From Verrucomicrobia bacterium UBA6176 (GTDB lineage Bacteria; Verrucomicrobiota; Verrucomicrobiia; Limisphaerales; UBA9464), in contig DITU01000107.1 of NCBI GenBank assembly GCA_002422905.1, forward strand, positions 134,633 to 198,632: 64,000 bases of DNA, read 5' to 3'. The translations under genes and the position numbers were made by a program. Numbering within the stretch: the first letter of the stretch is position 1; each line of letters starts with the position of its first letter. Below the pieces are notes generated by a model. It worked only from the letters and a program-made list of their open reading frames with translations. It was not told the DNA's origin and ran no database searches. Below are positions 25,226-37,300 of this stretch, piece by piece.

Positions 25226-25359
25226 CCGACCCAGGAATTTCGGGATGCACGGCGGGGAAGTTGAAGTGGAATCCCGGGGATTGACTCCGGGATTGGGGAG
25301 GAGCGTCCTGATGAAAATTCCCGGTCTGGTCAATGGGGTCCAGTCCCGAGGTTACCCCC

Positions 25360-28300
25360 ATGAATTCCTCTGTGCTCCGCCCGTGGTGCTGGTTGTCCGT
25401 CCTGCTGCTCGCCCAGATTGCCGTCGCCCAGGAATGTGTTCCTGGGCCACGGGGAATGATGGGGTGGTGGCGGGGCGAAGGAACTCCGGCCTCCCTGTTC
25501 GACCTCAATCCACCGGCCACCACGGGAGTGGGCTACGCCGCGGGGCGGGTGGGGCAGGGAATGCTCCTGGGCGGCGCGGGTGCGGGTGTGGATCTCGGGT
25601 CGCCCCCGTTTCTCGACGTCCAGAACTTCACGGTCCAGGCCTGGGTACGACGTTCTTCGACGGACGCGGTGGCATCGGATGGCTCGGCGACCGGTTGGAT
25701 CGTGGCCCGGGGTGCGGGTGGATTCGGATTCGGGATCGGGCAGGATGGTCGGTTGCAGTTCGAGGCGGTGGGAATGGCGGCACCGGTGTTCTCGACGGCT
25801 GCCATTACGGACACGGAGTTTCATCATGTGGCAGTGGTCCGATCCGAAGTGACGGTGACCTTCCACCTGGACGGCGTGGTGGTGGGGGCGCAGGCGTTTC
25901 CGACCGTGCTGGGTTACGGGGGAAAGGCGGCGATCGGGAGGCGTGGGGATACCGGGACGGGTTCCTTTGCGGGGATGCTGGATGAGATCGTGTTCTTCGA
26001 CCGGGCCTTGTCGGCGGCTGAAGTGGCGGGAATCCACGGGGCGGCGGGGGCGGGAATCTGTCTCCCACCGGTGGACGTGGCCAATGACATTCCGGTGGCA
26101 ACCGAGCGCCTGGTGCAGGGCAGTGGGGCGGTCGGGAATCTGACAGCGACCTCGGACGGATTTGGCATCGACGGCTTGCTGCGCATTGAGTCGGCGGGGG
26201 GCGGTTATCTGTCGGCGGTGGCGATCACTTCGGGAGCGGTGACCAATCATGCGGGTGGAGTGATCTCGATCCGGCAGGGAACGCAGGGACCCAGAAGTTT
26301 CGATGGTCCACTGATCAACCGGGGCTTGTTCGAAGCCACCTGGCCGATGACGTACACGGCGTCGGTGGGCAGTTGGATGAATTACGGTGAGTTGAACCTG
26401 ACCGGGAGCGGGAGCGTGAGTCTGCGGGGGGCAACGCGGTTGGATCTGGTGGACGGTGCGGTGACGGGTGGGTCGGCGCTGGACGGCAACGGGGTGGACG
26501 TGCGGTTCCTGGGTGGGACGCTTTCGGGGACACCGTCCCTGCTCAATTCCCGGCTGGAGTTTGATCCGCGCAACACCCATGCGGGATCGTTCCTGTTGAT
26601 GGGATCGGGTTCGGTGTTGGTGGGTGGGTTGCGTCCGGGACAGATGGTGACGATTGCGGGGAGTGGAGCGGCCGGGAACACGTCGTTGAGGGCGCCGCAT
26701 GGCTTGCGTTCAGCGGGGCAGGTGCGGTTGGAGTCGAGGGACGGAGGGTATCTTTCGCAGATCAACGTGACGGGTGGGCCGTTGGTGAACGAGGCGGGAG
26801 GGATTCTGGAATCGACCCGGGGTGCGGCAGGGCCCCGGGCGATTTCGGGCAACCTGGAGAACGAGGGAATGTTTCGGATCGACTGGCCGCTGTCGTTGAT
26901 TGCCAGCGAAGGCACCCATGTGAACCGCGGTGAGATCATGGTGTCGTCGGGGATGACGCTGGGATTGAGCGGGGCGAACCAGACGTTCCGACAGGTGGCG
27001 GGTTCGATCCGGGCGGACGGAGTATTCGACCTGTCGGGGATGCGGTTCGATTACGAAGGCGGGGAGATTTCGGGCACGGCCTATCTGGATGGAGTCGATC
27101 TGCGATTGCATCCGACCGGGACTGATCCGGTGTCGTTGATCCTGGCGCGGAGCAGCAGTCGGGTGACGGGACGATTGAACGCCAACCAGTCGCTGTGGGT
27201 ACGGGGCGATGGTCGGGTGGGAAACACGATGATTCCGTTCCTGGGCGGATTCATCAATGAAGGCTCGTTGCGGATCGAATCGGCCGATGGCGGCTATGTA
27301 AGCGGCATTTCGGTGGAGGGTGGGCCGTTCGAGAATCGGGCGGGCGGGACCTTGCTGATCCGTAGGGGTGCGGCTGGCCCGAGAACCTTGGCGGCGGAGT
27401 TGGTGAATGACGGGGTGGTGAGCGTCCAGTGGCCGGCCACGTTTGGAAGGGCGGGTGCGATCCACCGCAATCGAGCCAACCTCACCATTTTCCCCGGTAT
27501 CACCCTCAGCGCGGCTGGGGGGGGACAGGAGTTCCGGCAGGAGGCTGGCCTGTTGGACATCCAGGGCGGGCTGGATCTCAGCGACCTGCGGTTTGTCTTC
27601 GAGGGCGGCGAGATTGTTGGAGTGCCGTATCTGGACGGTGTCCGGCTCCGGGTCGGCACGGCCACCGGACCGGGCGAGTTCAACCTGACGCGGAGCAGCA
27701 GCACGGTGGAGGGGACGCTGCGGGCGGGGCAGGTGTTGAACATCCGGGGTGACGGGCGTGGGAGCCACACGGCGGTGACGGCGCCGGCGGGATTGGAGAA
27801 CGAGGGGACGATCCGGTTGATGTCGGCCAACGGGGGATATCATTCGGAGTTGAGGGTGTTGACGGGTCCGATGCGGAACCGCGCGGGAGGTCTGCTGCAT
27901 GTCCAACGCGGGGCGGAGGGCTCGCGGTTGCTGACAGCAGCGCTGGAGAACGAGGGGACGCTGCGGATCTCTTGGCCGATGACCCTGGGGCAGGCCGATG
28001 CCGTGCATGTGAATCGGGGACGGATCGAAGTGGACACCGGGATGTCGCTGGTGATTGCCGGGGCCAATCAGACGTTTCGACAGGAAGCAGGGGTGTTGGA
28101 TGGCCAGGGCGGGGTCGACTTTTCCAACATCCGCCTGGATTACCTGGCGGGAGACATCACGGGACAACCCTATCTCGACAACGTGCGCCTCTTCATCGGG
28201 GAGGATGCGGTGCGGCCCGTGAATTTCATCCTGGGCCGGACCGGCAGTCAGGTGCGCGGCAAGGTGCACGTGGGACAGAGCTTGTGGATCCGCGGGGACG

Positions 28301-31300
28301 GACGCGTAAGCCATACGGCGGTCGAGGCGCCGGATGGCCTGGCGATTGGTGGGTTGGTCCGGCTTGAATCGGTAAATGGCGGGTATCATGTGGAATTGGG
28401 ATCGGGCGCGGGGCTCCACACGTTGCCGGGCGGCCGGATCCAGGTGGGGCGCGGGGCGGACGGTGCGCGAGTGATTTCGGCTCCGTTGTTGAACGAGGGT
28501 GCGTTGGAAGTGAAATGGCCCTTGTCGTTGGGCGGCGCGGGATTGGTCCACGTCAACCGGGGCGACATCACGGTGGATCCCGGCATGGAATTGACGCTTG
28601 GGGGAGCAGGCCAACGGCTGGTGCAGGAGGGGGGAACGTTGCGGGTGAACGGGGCAATGCTGCTGGATGACGACACCTTCCGGTATGCCGGCGGGGTGGT
28701 GGAGGGAACGGTGCGGATCCGGAATTCCCGGCTCGAGCTTCCGCCGTCGGCCGGACCGGGCGGGCTTTTCGAGGCGTTGGGCATCACCACTGTCACTGGA
28801 TCCATTCCGGCGGCGGTGACGGTGACGGTGGAAGGGAACGGAGAAGGGTCGCATGCGACGGCGAACCTACCCGGGGGACTTTTCAATTCCGGCGTGTTGC
28901 GGGTGACCACCCGGAATGGCGGGTACTCGGTGTTGGTCAGTTCGCCCAATGCTCCCGTGGTCAATGAACCGTCCGGGACATTTGAAGTGCTGCGCGGTAC
29001 GGACGGGGCGCGTCGCATCGATGCCGCGGTGGTGAATCGCGGATATCTCGATCTTCAATGGCCGGTGCGGATCGGTCGCGGAACGGCAGGCGTGGTTTCC
29101 GAGGGGCGGGTGCGGATTGCGCCGGGAGTGGGGGTTGTGCTGGACGGACCGATGCAGCTCACCCGCGGACGATTGGATGGCGCGGGGATGGTGACGGGCC
29201 ATGTGGTGTCGGAGGCACTGGTCGCGCCGGGTTCAGGACTCGCGACGTTGCGGGTCGAAGGGAGTTATCGGCAGGGGGCGCGGGGGATCCTGGAGTTGGA
29301 ATTGGACGGGGCGGCCCACGACCAGTTGGTGGTTACCGGCGGAGCGAGTCTTGGAGGGTTGGTCCGGGTGGTGACGGCGGCGGGTTTCGTGCCCGAGGTG
29401 GGTCGGAGCTTTGCGGTGATGACGGGGTCATTGGATGGCAACCGACCGCGGTTGGAATTGCCGACGCTTCCGGAAGGGCGGGTGTGGCGGGTGGATTACA
29501 CGGGGGGAATCACGCTGCGGGTGATGGCCGAACCGGGCACGACTCCGGCTGGATCCATCGCCGGGACGATCACGGATCCGGAAGGACAACCGGTGCCGGA
29601 TCTCCCGGTGTTGTTGAACGTGGGCCAGACCCGTGGATTGCTGGCCGAGTATTGGCCGGGCACCACGCCAACCGGAGCGGCGACACTTCGTCGGGTTGAG
29701 CCCACCTTGAACAATCGGTGGGGCAATGGCTCGCCGGGAGCGGGCATCGGGGATGTGTTCTTCTCGCGGTGGACGGGTGAGTTGGTGGCGCCAATGACCG
29801 AGACATTCCAGATCTACACCATCAGCGACGATGGCATCCGGGTGTGGATCGGGGACACGCAGGTGATCAATGATTGGACCTCGCATCCCGACGTCGAGAA
29901 CTCGGGCACGATCGAACTGGAGGCCGGGCGGGTCTACCCGTTGCGGGTGGAACATTACGATGGCGGCGGGGGAGCGACGGCTGTGCTTCAGTGGTCGAGT
30001 CCGTCGGTGGCCCGGGAGGTGATTCCGTCGTCGGCGTTGATCCCACCGCCTTCTGCACCGGCCCTGATCCTGGATCAGTTCGCCACCGTGACCGATGCGG
30101 ACGGACGCTATGACCTCGCGGTGGGCGCGGGTGTATGGACGGTGGATGTCGGGGGATTGGAAGCGCTCGGGTTCGAGCCGGTCACACCGGTGCAGGTCGA
30201 GGTGGAGGAGGCGTTGGTGACGGTGGATTTCCAGTTGGCCCTGGCCTTGGGCGACCGTTTACCGGACCTGGTGGCGTCGGCACCGACGGCTTCGGCGACC
30301 GGTGTTGCCGGGCAGACAATGGAAGTGGGTTGGACGACGTCGAACACGGGTGAGAACACGGCGAAGAAGCCCTGGCGTGAAAGCGTGCTGCTGGGGCGGC
30401 AACCGTCGGGCTTCGATGCCGTCGAGATCGGGCGCTTCGAGTCGGACGAGGATCTGGCGCCGGGCACCGGCATGGCGCGCACCCTGATCGCCCAACTGCC
30501 CGCCGGTCTCAGTGGAACCTGGTACCTGTTCATCCGGGTGGATACGGGATTGGCCGTCGATGAAGGGGCGGGCGAGGTCAACAACCTGAGTGCTCCACGC
30601 GCCATCCAGTTGTTCATCGGGGATCTGGTGGTGGACGAGGTCCTGGCGCCGGGGACGTTGGCGTGGGGCGATTCGGTGGAAATCAGCTGGGTGGTCCGCA
30701 ATGCCGGCGGAAGTCCGGTGGCATCGCCCTGGACCGATTCCGTCTATTTTTCACAAACGGCATCCGGCGGAATGTTGCTGGGTGAAGTCAGTCCGGCGCG
30801 GACGACGCCGTTGGCACCGGGCGAGACCCATACCAACACGCTCCGGGTCACCATTCCGTTGAACTCGCAGAACACCCCGGGCAGCTACCTGTTCCTCGTG
30901 CGAACCGACCGCACCGGGGTCCAACCCGAGGCCAACGACGGCAACAATCTCGGGGTGTCGACGCCGGTGGCCTTCACCCGTCCTTCGCCTCCGGACCTGG
31001 CGGTCACGGCGATTGAAGTGCCGGCTTCGGTCCAGGCCGGACGCCCGGTCGAGGTGCGGTGGACGGTGATGAACCTGGGCAACACGGTGGCGGTGGGGCC
31101 GTGGCGCGATGTCATCGCGTTGGCGGCCACGCCGGAGGGTGTGGAGCCGGTGACCCTGGTGACGGCGGAGTTCAACGACCCCATTGAACCGGGCGGCACG
31201 CGGGTGCGGTCGCGGCAGATCCTCTTCCCGGCAAACCGGGCTGGGATCCATGCGCTGGTGGTGACGACGGATTCAGCGGATCAGGTTTTTGAGGGGGGAG

Positions 31301-34300
31301 ATCCCTTGAACAACACGCGGGTCCATCCGGTTCCCCTGGAGATTGCGGCGCCGGACCTGGTGCCGCTCGTGGTGGAGACAATGGATGGACGGTTGGGTGA
31401 AGCGCTGCCGGTCTCGTGGGTGATCCGCAACGCGGGCAATGCAGCGGGTGAAGGCGAATGGATCGACCGCCTGATCCTGGTCGGGATTTCAGGTGAACGC
31501 GTGTTGGGCCAGTGGACCCGGCCCGGTGCGGAAGGGTTCATTGCCGGGACCACCTATACCCAATCAGTGAACGTGACCGTGCCGTTGGCGGCGGGACTGG
31601 CCCCGGGCGCCTTCACCCTGCGATTGCAGAGCGATGCACGCGCGGACCTGTTGGAGTCGGACGAGGGGAACAACACGACGGCTTCGGCCCCGTTCCAACT
31701 CAGCCTTCCTCCGTTGCCGGACCTGCGCGTGGCGACGGTCACCGGACCGCCCACAGCCTTGCCCGGGGAGACGGCGAATGTGGTGTGGAAGCTGTTGAAC
31801 GGTGGGGTGGCTGAAATCCCTGCCGGAGTGGTGGTGCGCATTGATCTCGTTCCTCCGGCCCCGGCGCCGATCCAGTTCCTGTCGTCGGTGCGGTTGGAGA
31901 CTCCGTTGGCCGCGGGTGCCGAAGGCGAATGGATGACCCCGGTCCGGATCCCGGCTTCGGCTGCGGGCGCGATCGTGTTCCGGGTGACGGCCGATGTGGC
32001 GAACGAGGTGTTTGAGTCGGATGAAGGCAACAACGCGGGCGAGAGCGCGGTGGCGACCTTGGTGGCCCGTCAACTGGGCTTGGTGCTGCCGGTCGGATCG
32101 ATTGCGGAGAACGCCACTCCGCCGACGGTTCGCGCCCGGGTGAGCCGGTCGGGTCCGGTGACGGAACTGCTGGCGGTGAACGTGTCGGGTTCGGACACCA
32201 ACGAGTTGGTGATGCCGGCGGTGGTGGAGATCGCGGCGGGATCGACCTTCGCGGAGTTCGACCTGACCGTGGTGGCCGATGGCCGGGTGGATGGGCCCAA
32301 GGTGGTGCAGATCACGGCGGCGGCGGACGGGTTCAACCCGGGGTTGGCCAACCTGACGGTGTTGGATGTCGACCGGGCAACCCTTTCGCTGTTGGTGGAG
32401 ACGAACCGGATCCGGGAAGGATTGACGCTGCCGGTGATCCTCCGGCGATCGGAGGCCGCGTTGGAGCCGATCCAGATCGATGTCGGGAGTTCCTCGGCGG
32501 ATCTGCTTCCACCGGCGACGGTGACCCTGCCGGCGGGTGAGGTGGAGGTGGCCTTCGCGTTGTTGGCGGCTGACAATGATCGGCTCGAAGGTTCGCGGGC
32601 GGTTCAACTGGAGGTGTCGGCGCCCGGTGATGTGGCGGCGTTGTTGGATCTGGAGGTGATCGATGATGATGATCCGGGGCTGACCCTGCGGATTGATCCG
32701 GCGCAGATCGGTGAAGCAGACGGACCCATGGCGGCGACGGCGACCTTGCGTCGGGCGCGTGGGTTGGCCCGGGCGCAACGGGTGCGGGTGGCGGTGGATG
32801 ATCCGGCCCGGGTGGTGGTGCCGTTGGAAGTGATTTTCGGGGCGGGCCGCGATGAGGTGAGCTTTGCGGTGGGAGCGGTGAACAACCGGGACAACGATGG
32901 GGCTGCGGTGGCGCGGGTGACGGCATCCATTGTGGAAACGTTGTCAGGCCGGGTGCTGGCGGTTTCCGAACCGGTGACGGTGACGGTGCAGGACGACGAC
33001 AGCGCGGCGTTGCGGTTGTCCTTGGGTGGAGGTGTGGCGCGCGAGGGGTTGGCACCGGCGTTCAACGGGGTGATCACGCGCAATTCAGACACGGCACTGG
33101 CGTTGACGGTGCGGCTTTCCAGTTCGGATGTCGGGGAGGCGACCGTGCCGGAGACGGTGGTGATTCCTGCGGGCCAGACTTCGGCGCCATTCCCGGTGAC
33201 GACACTGGAAGATGGGGCGGTGGACGGGAACCAGCGGTTGACGTTGACGGCGGCGGCGGATGGCCACGCACCGGCGAGTGCGAGTCTGACGGTCACGGAT
33301 GGAGACCTTCCGGATCTGGTGTTCACGACGCTGACGGTTGCGGCGACCGGGATCACCGGGGGTGATGCGATGTTTGTGTACCGGGTATTGAACCAGGGTT
33401 TCTCCGATGCCGCAGGACCGTTCATCCAGCGGGTGTACCTGTCGCGCGACGGGTTCCTGGGTGCGGACGATGTGCTGATCGATGAAGCGACCCATACCGG
33501 GATGTTGCCACCGGGCGGCTCTTTCCAGCGGGACCTTTCGCGACGTCTCCCGGGTCAGGCGGGGGATTGGCATGTGATCGCGGTGGTGGATGCGACGGGT
33601 GCGGTGGGCGAGGTGTTGGAGGACAACAACCGCGCGGTGGGAGCGACGTTGATCCGGATCGAGCCGGCCTATACGGCGACGGTGGAGACGGAGGTCAATG
33701 CGGCCCCGGCCGGGACACCGGTCCCGTTGCGGGGGCGGGCAGTTCGACCCGGTGGAGCGGCGGCCGGTGGGGAATGGGTGGACATCCAGGTGCGGGTGCA
33801 CGGAACGCAACGGATCCTGAAGGCGTTGACCGATGCCGAGGGACGATTCGAGACGGTGTTCCAGCCCTTGGCGGGCGAATACGGCCGGTATGAAGTGGCT
33901 GCGGGGCATCCTGGAGCGGTGGGACCGGCGACGCAGGACGAATTCGAATTGCTCGGGCTCAGGCCGGAACCGGATCTTCAATTCACGCGGATCGTTCCGG
34001 GTCGGACCAACACCATCCTGGTGGACTTGCGCAATCCCAACGAACGGTCGCTGACCGGGATCCAGTTCGAGGGCAGCATGGTGGAGGATCTCGGGATGCA
34101 CATCGTCGGCCCGACCCAGCTGGAGGCGGGAGGCGCGGCGCCCGTCACGGTCCAGGTGTGGTCGAAGGAGGAGCGCGATGCGGTGGGCCGTTTCGTGGTG
34201 CGGGCGACCAGTGCGGAGGGAGCGTTCATCACGTTCTCAGTGGATTACACGGTCGAATTGCCCCAACCACGGTTGGTGGCACGGCCGGCGCGGATCGATG

Positions 34301-37300
34301 CCGGCATGGTCCGCGGTCAACAGGGGGTGATCGAGTTCGAGATCGCCAACATCGGCGGAGCAGGTTCGGGACCGTTGGACGTCACGTTGCCGGATCTTCC
34401 GTGGCTGCGTCCCGCTTCCACCCCGCCGCTTCCGGGGATTGAACCGGGCGGAACGGTGCGCATCACGTTGCTGACCACCCCGGACGAGACGGTCCCGCTC
34501 GGCGTGCATGACGGACGATTGGCGGTCGGGAATGACACCGGCCGTGTTTCGGTGCCGTTCTCGATCCGACATGTGTCGGATGCCCTGGGCGACCTGGAGG
34601 TGACGGCCCATGACGAAAACACCTATTACGGGAACGGGGCGCTGGTGGCGGGGGCGGCGGTGACGTTGCGGGATGTGTTCGACAACCGGGCACTGCACAC
34701 CGCGGTCACCGATACGAATGGAACGGTCCGGTTGGCTGGCTTGCCCGAGGGTACCTACAACCTCGAAGTGTCGGCCCCGCGCCACGACTCCTTCCTCAAG
34801 ACGATCACCATCGCACCGGGGGTGTTGAACCCGGTCGTGGCTTTCCTGCGCACGCAACTGGTCCGATACAACTGGCGGGTGGAGGAAGTGGACTTCCAGG
34901 AGACGGCGACGATCCGCCTGGAGACCCTGTTTGAGACCGCCGTGCCGATTCCGGTCGTGACCATCGAACCCGCCGCCATCGACCTCACCGGGGTGGAGGG
35001 GGATGAACACACCGTCGAGATGCGCATCACCAACCAGGGATTGATCGCCGTGCAGTCGGTGGACCTGCGGTTTGAAGATGGATCGACCTGGCGGGTGATT
35101 CCGCTGGCGACGGATCTCGGGGCCATCCCGCCCAGGAGTTCGATCACGGTGCCGGTTACCTTTGTCCGCATTCAGGAACAGGTTGCCCGTGGGAACCGCC
35201 TCGCGGGACCGGCTGCGGGTTTCGTGGCGCCCTTGTCGGCGACCGATTGCCGGACCCCGAGCCTGGGTGTCGGATGGGAACTTCTCTGCGGCCAGTTTGG
35301 CGTGGCCTACTGGTCGCCGGTATTTGTCCTCGACCACAGCCTGTGTCCGCCGCCGCCACTGGTCATCGCCCGGGATCCACTCGGGTTTCTCGATTACATC
35401 CCGCATTACCCGTATGTGCCGCCGCCCAATGGGGGTGCGCCCCACGCACGGCGCGGGTTCCCCATCGACGTGGGTTGGGGCCCGCGGGGTTTCGTGAGCC
35501 ATTCCGGGACGAATGATTGCAACTGTCTGAAGGATGGCTTCGCCGAGAACTGCCTCTCGGCCGAGGCCGGGTTCAAGGCGGATGCATCGGCGGCGGCGCA
35601 GGCGGTGCTGACGGCGGTGTTGGGGCCGATCAAATGGATTTCGGTCCAGGGATTCGAGGTGAAGTTTTCGGGATCTGCCAAGCTGTGCACCTGTTGCGAG
35701 GAGGTCGATGGACAGGGTGTCACCGGTTTGAAGGCCGAGGGCGATGTCGGTGGATCGATCGAGGCCAAGATCTTTGCCGGACCGCAACTCCAGATCAGTC
35801 CACCCGGGATCAATGTGCCTGGTCTGAACGATGCCGAAGTGGAGTTCTTCGTCGGGGCCGGTGTCGAACTGACCGCCAATGGTTCGATCAAACTCAGCGC
35901 GAAGACGGAGTGTTTTCTTGAGAAGCCCCAGGTGTTTGTCGATGCCCGGGTCCAGCTTCGCACTCCGATCGGACTGAAGGGCAAGGGCAAGGTGAAGGGG
36001 TTCGATCCCACGCTCGGTCGCGTGGTGGAGTATGAGGGGGAAGCCTTCGCCGGCATCGATATGGGCGCCTACGCCTATTACTCGGGCTTCATCGTGGGTG
36101 GTACGGGTGAACCGACCATCGACGGATGCGTGGATGCCATTGTGTTGAAGGCCGAACTCAAGACCACCCTCAGCGTTTCAGCCCAGCAGGAAATTTCGCC
36201 CAAGGTCTGCCTCAGTGATTCCGGGGCCAACGCCGTGCTGGCTTCCTTGCCGCGTCATACCGAGGCCGAAGCGGTCAGCCGGATCCTCGGATTCGAGAGT
36301 CCGGATGCGCTGGTGGTTGGGGTGACGCATCGGGAAGAGGCCGCCGCCGCATTGCCGGCGGATCCGACGTCCCGCGAATTGTCGGATGCCTTGGTCCGGC
36401 AGTTGGGACTGAAGCCGGTGGGGACGGCAGGTGTGGCCGGGGTGCCGGTGTTCACCCAGAGCATGGCCTCGGCGCAGTCGCAGGACGAAGCCCGTCAGTC
36501 CGCGTCGGAATTGCGGCGCTCGGCCCGTTCGGCCCGCCCGGCCGCCGGCAATGATGGCGTGTGTGCCCAGGTGAAACTGGAGATTGAACAGCAGGCTGTC
36601 GTCACGCGAAAAGGCATCGGGACCACCCTGGAAATCATCAATGAATCCATCGACACCCCCCTCACCGAGATCGGTGTATCGATCCAGATCTACGACCGCG
36701 CGGGCAACGTGGTGAACGACCGGTTCGTCATCCTGCCGCCCGAGCTGACCCGCCTGGCTCCCATGGGCCAGGCTCCCACCAACCGACTGCTGTTGGGTGG
36801 CCTCGCCCTTACCTTGCCGCCCGACACCACCGGTTCAGCCCGCTGGCTCATTGTTCCCAAGGACACTGCCGCGCCCGAGGAACCCACGGACTACTTCGTC
36901 GGCGGGCATCTCGCGTATCGCTCGGGGGACATCACCAAGACCGCTGAACTGTCCCCGGGTCAGGTGACGGTCTATCCGAACGCCCGGCTTCATCTGAAGT
37001 ATTTCCACCAGCGCGACGTGTTCGCGGATGACCCGTTCACTGATGAGATCGAACCTTCACTCCCGTTCGTGCTCGGGGTGATGGTGGAGAATCGCGGCCG
37101 GGGTACGGCCCGGAATTTCTCCATCACCTCGGCCCAACCGCGGATTGTGGACAACGCGAAGGGGTTGTTGATCCATTTCGACATTGTGGCCACCGAGGTC
37201 GCCGGAAACGCGGTTTCACCCTCGCTGACCGCCGGGTTTGGCGACATTGATCCGGGCGATATCGCCATCGGTCGTTGGCTGCTGAAATCCAGTCTCCAAG

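Noticed and set aside
24606-25284. ORFs translated through the repeat elements (for example 24619..25215 minus, 24606..24953 plus, 25036..25284 plus), giving HRGHRGHRG or TEDTEDTEG-like peptides. Similar ORFs occur at 45651..46373, 46328..46795 and 49638..50237.
   Set aside because: These reading frames exist only because of the 9-mer tandem repeats and their inverted copies. The same DNA recurs in both orientations in intergenic positions, so it is better explained as a non-coding repeat family.
25270-25294. The inverted repeat AATCCCGG-N9-CCGGGATT with a TTGACT in its loop, upstream of the giant gene, considered as a promoter or operator.
   Set aside because: No acceptable -10 element follows at a sensible spacing, and an 8-bp GC-rich palindrome can arise by chance in this composition. 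It is noted but not called.
25330-35787. A series of long minus-strand ORFs (25330..26700, 26710..28854, 31564..32778, 33085..34101, 34237..35787) inside the giant gene.
   Set aside because: All are Arg/Pro/His-rich antisense shadows. The plus-strand frame is continuous for 13.9 kb and has recognisable LamG, PA14, CARDB and Calx-beta-like motifs.
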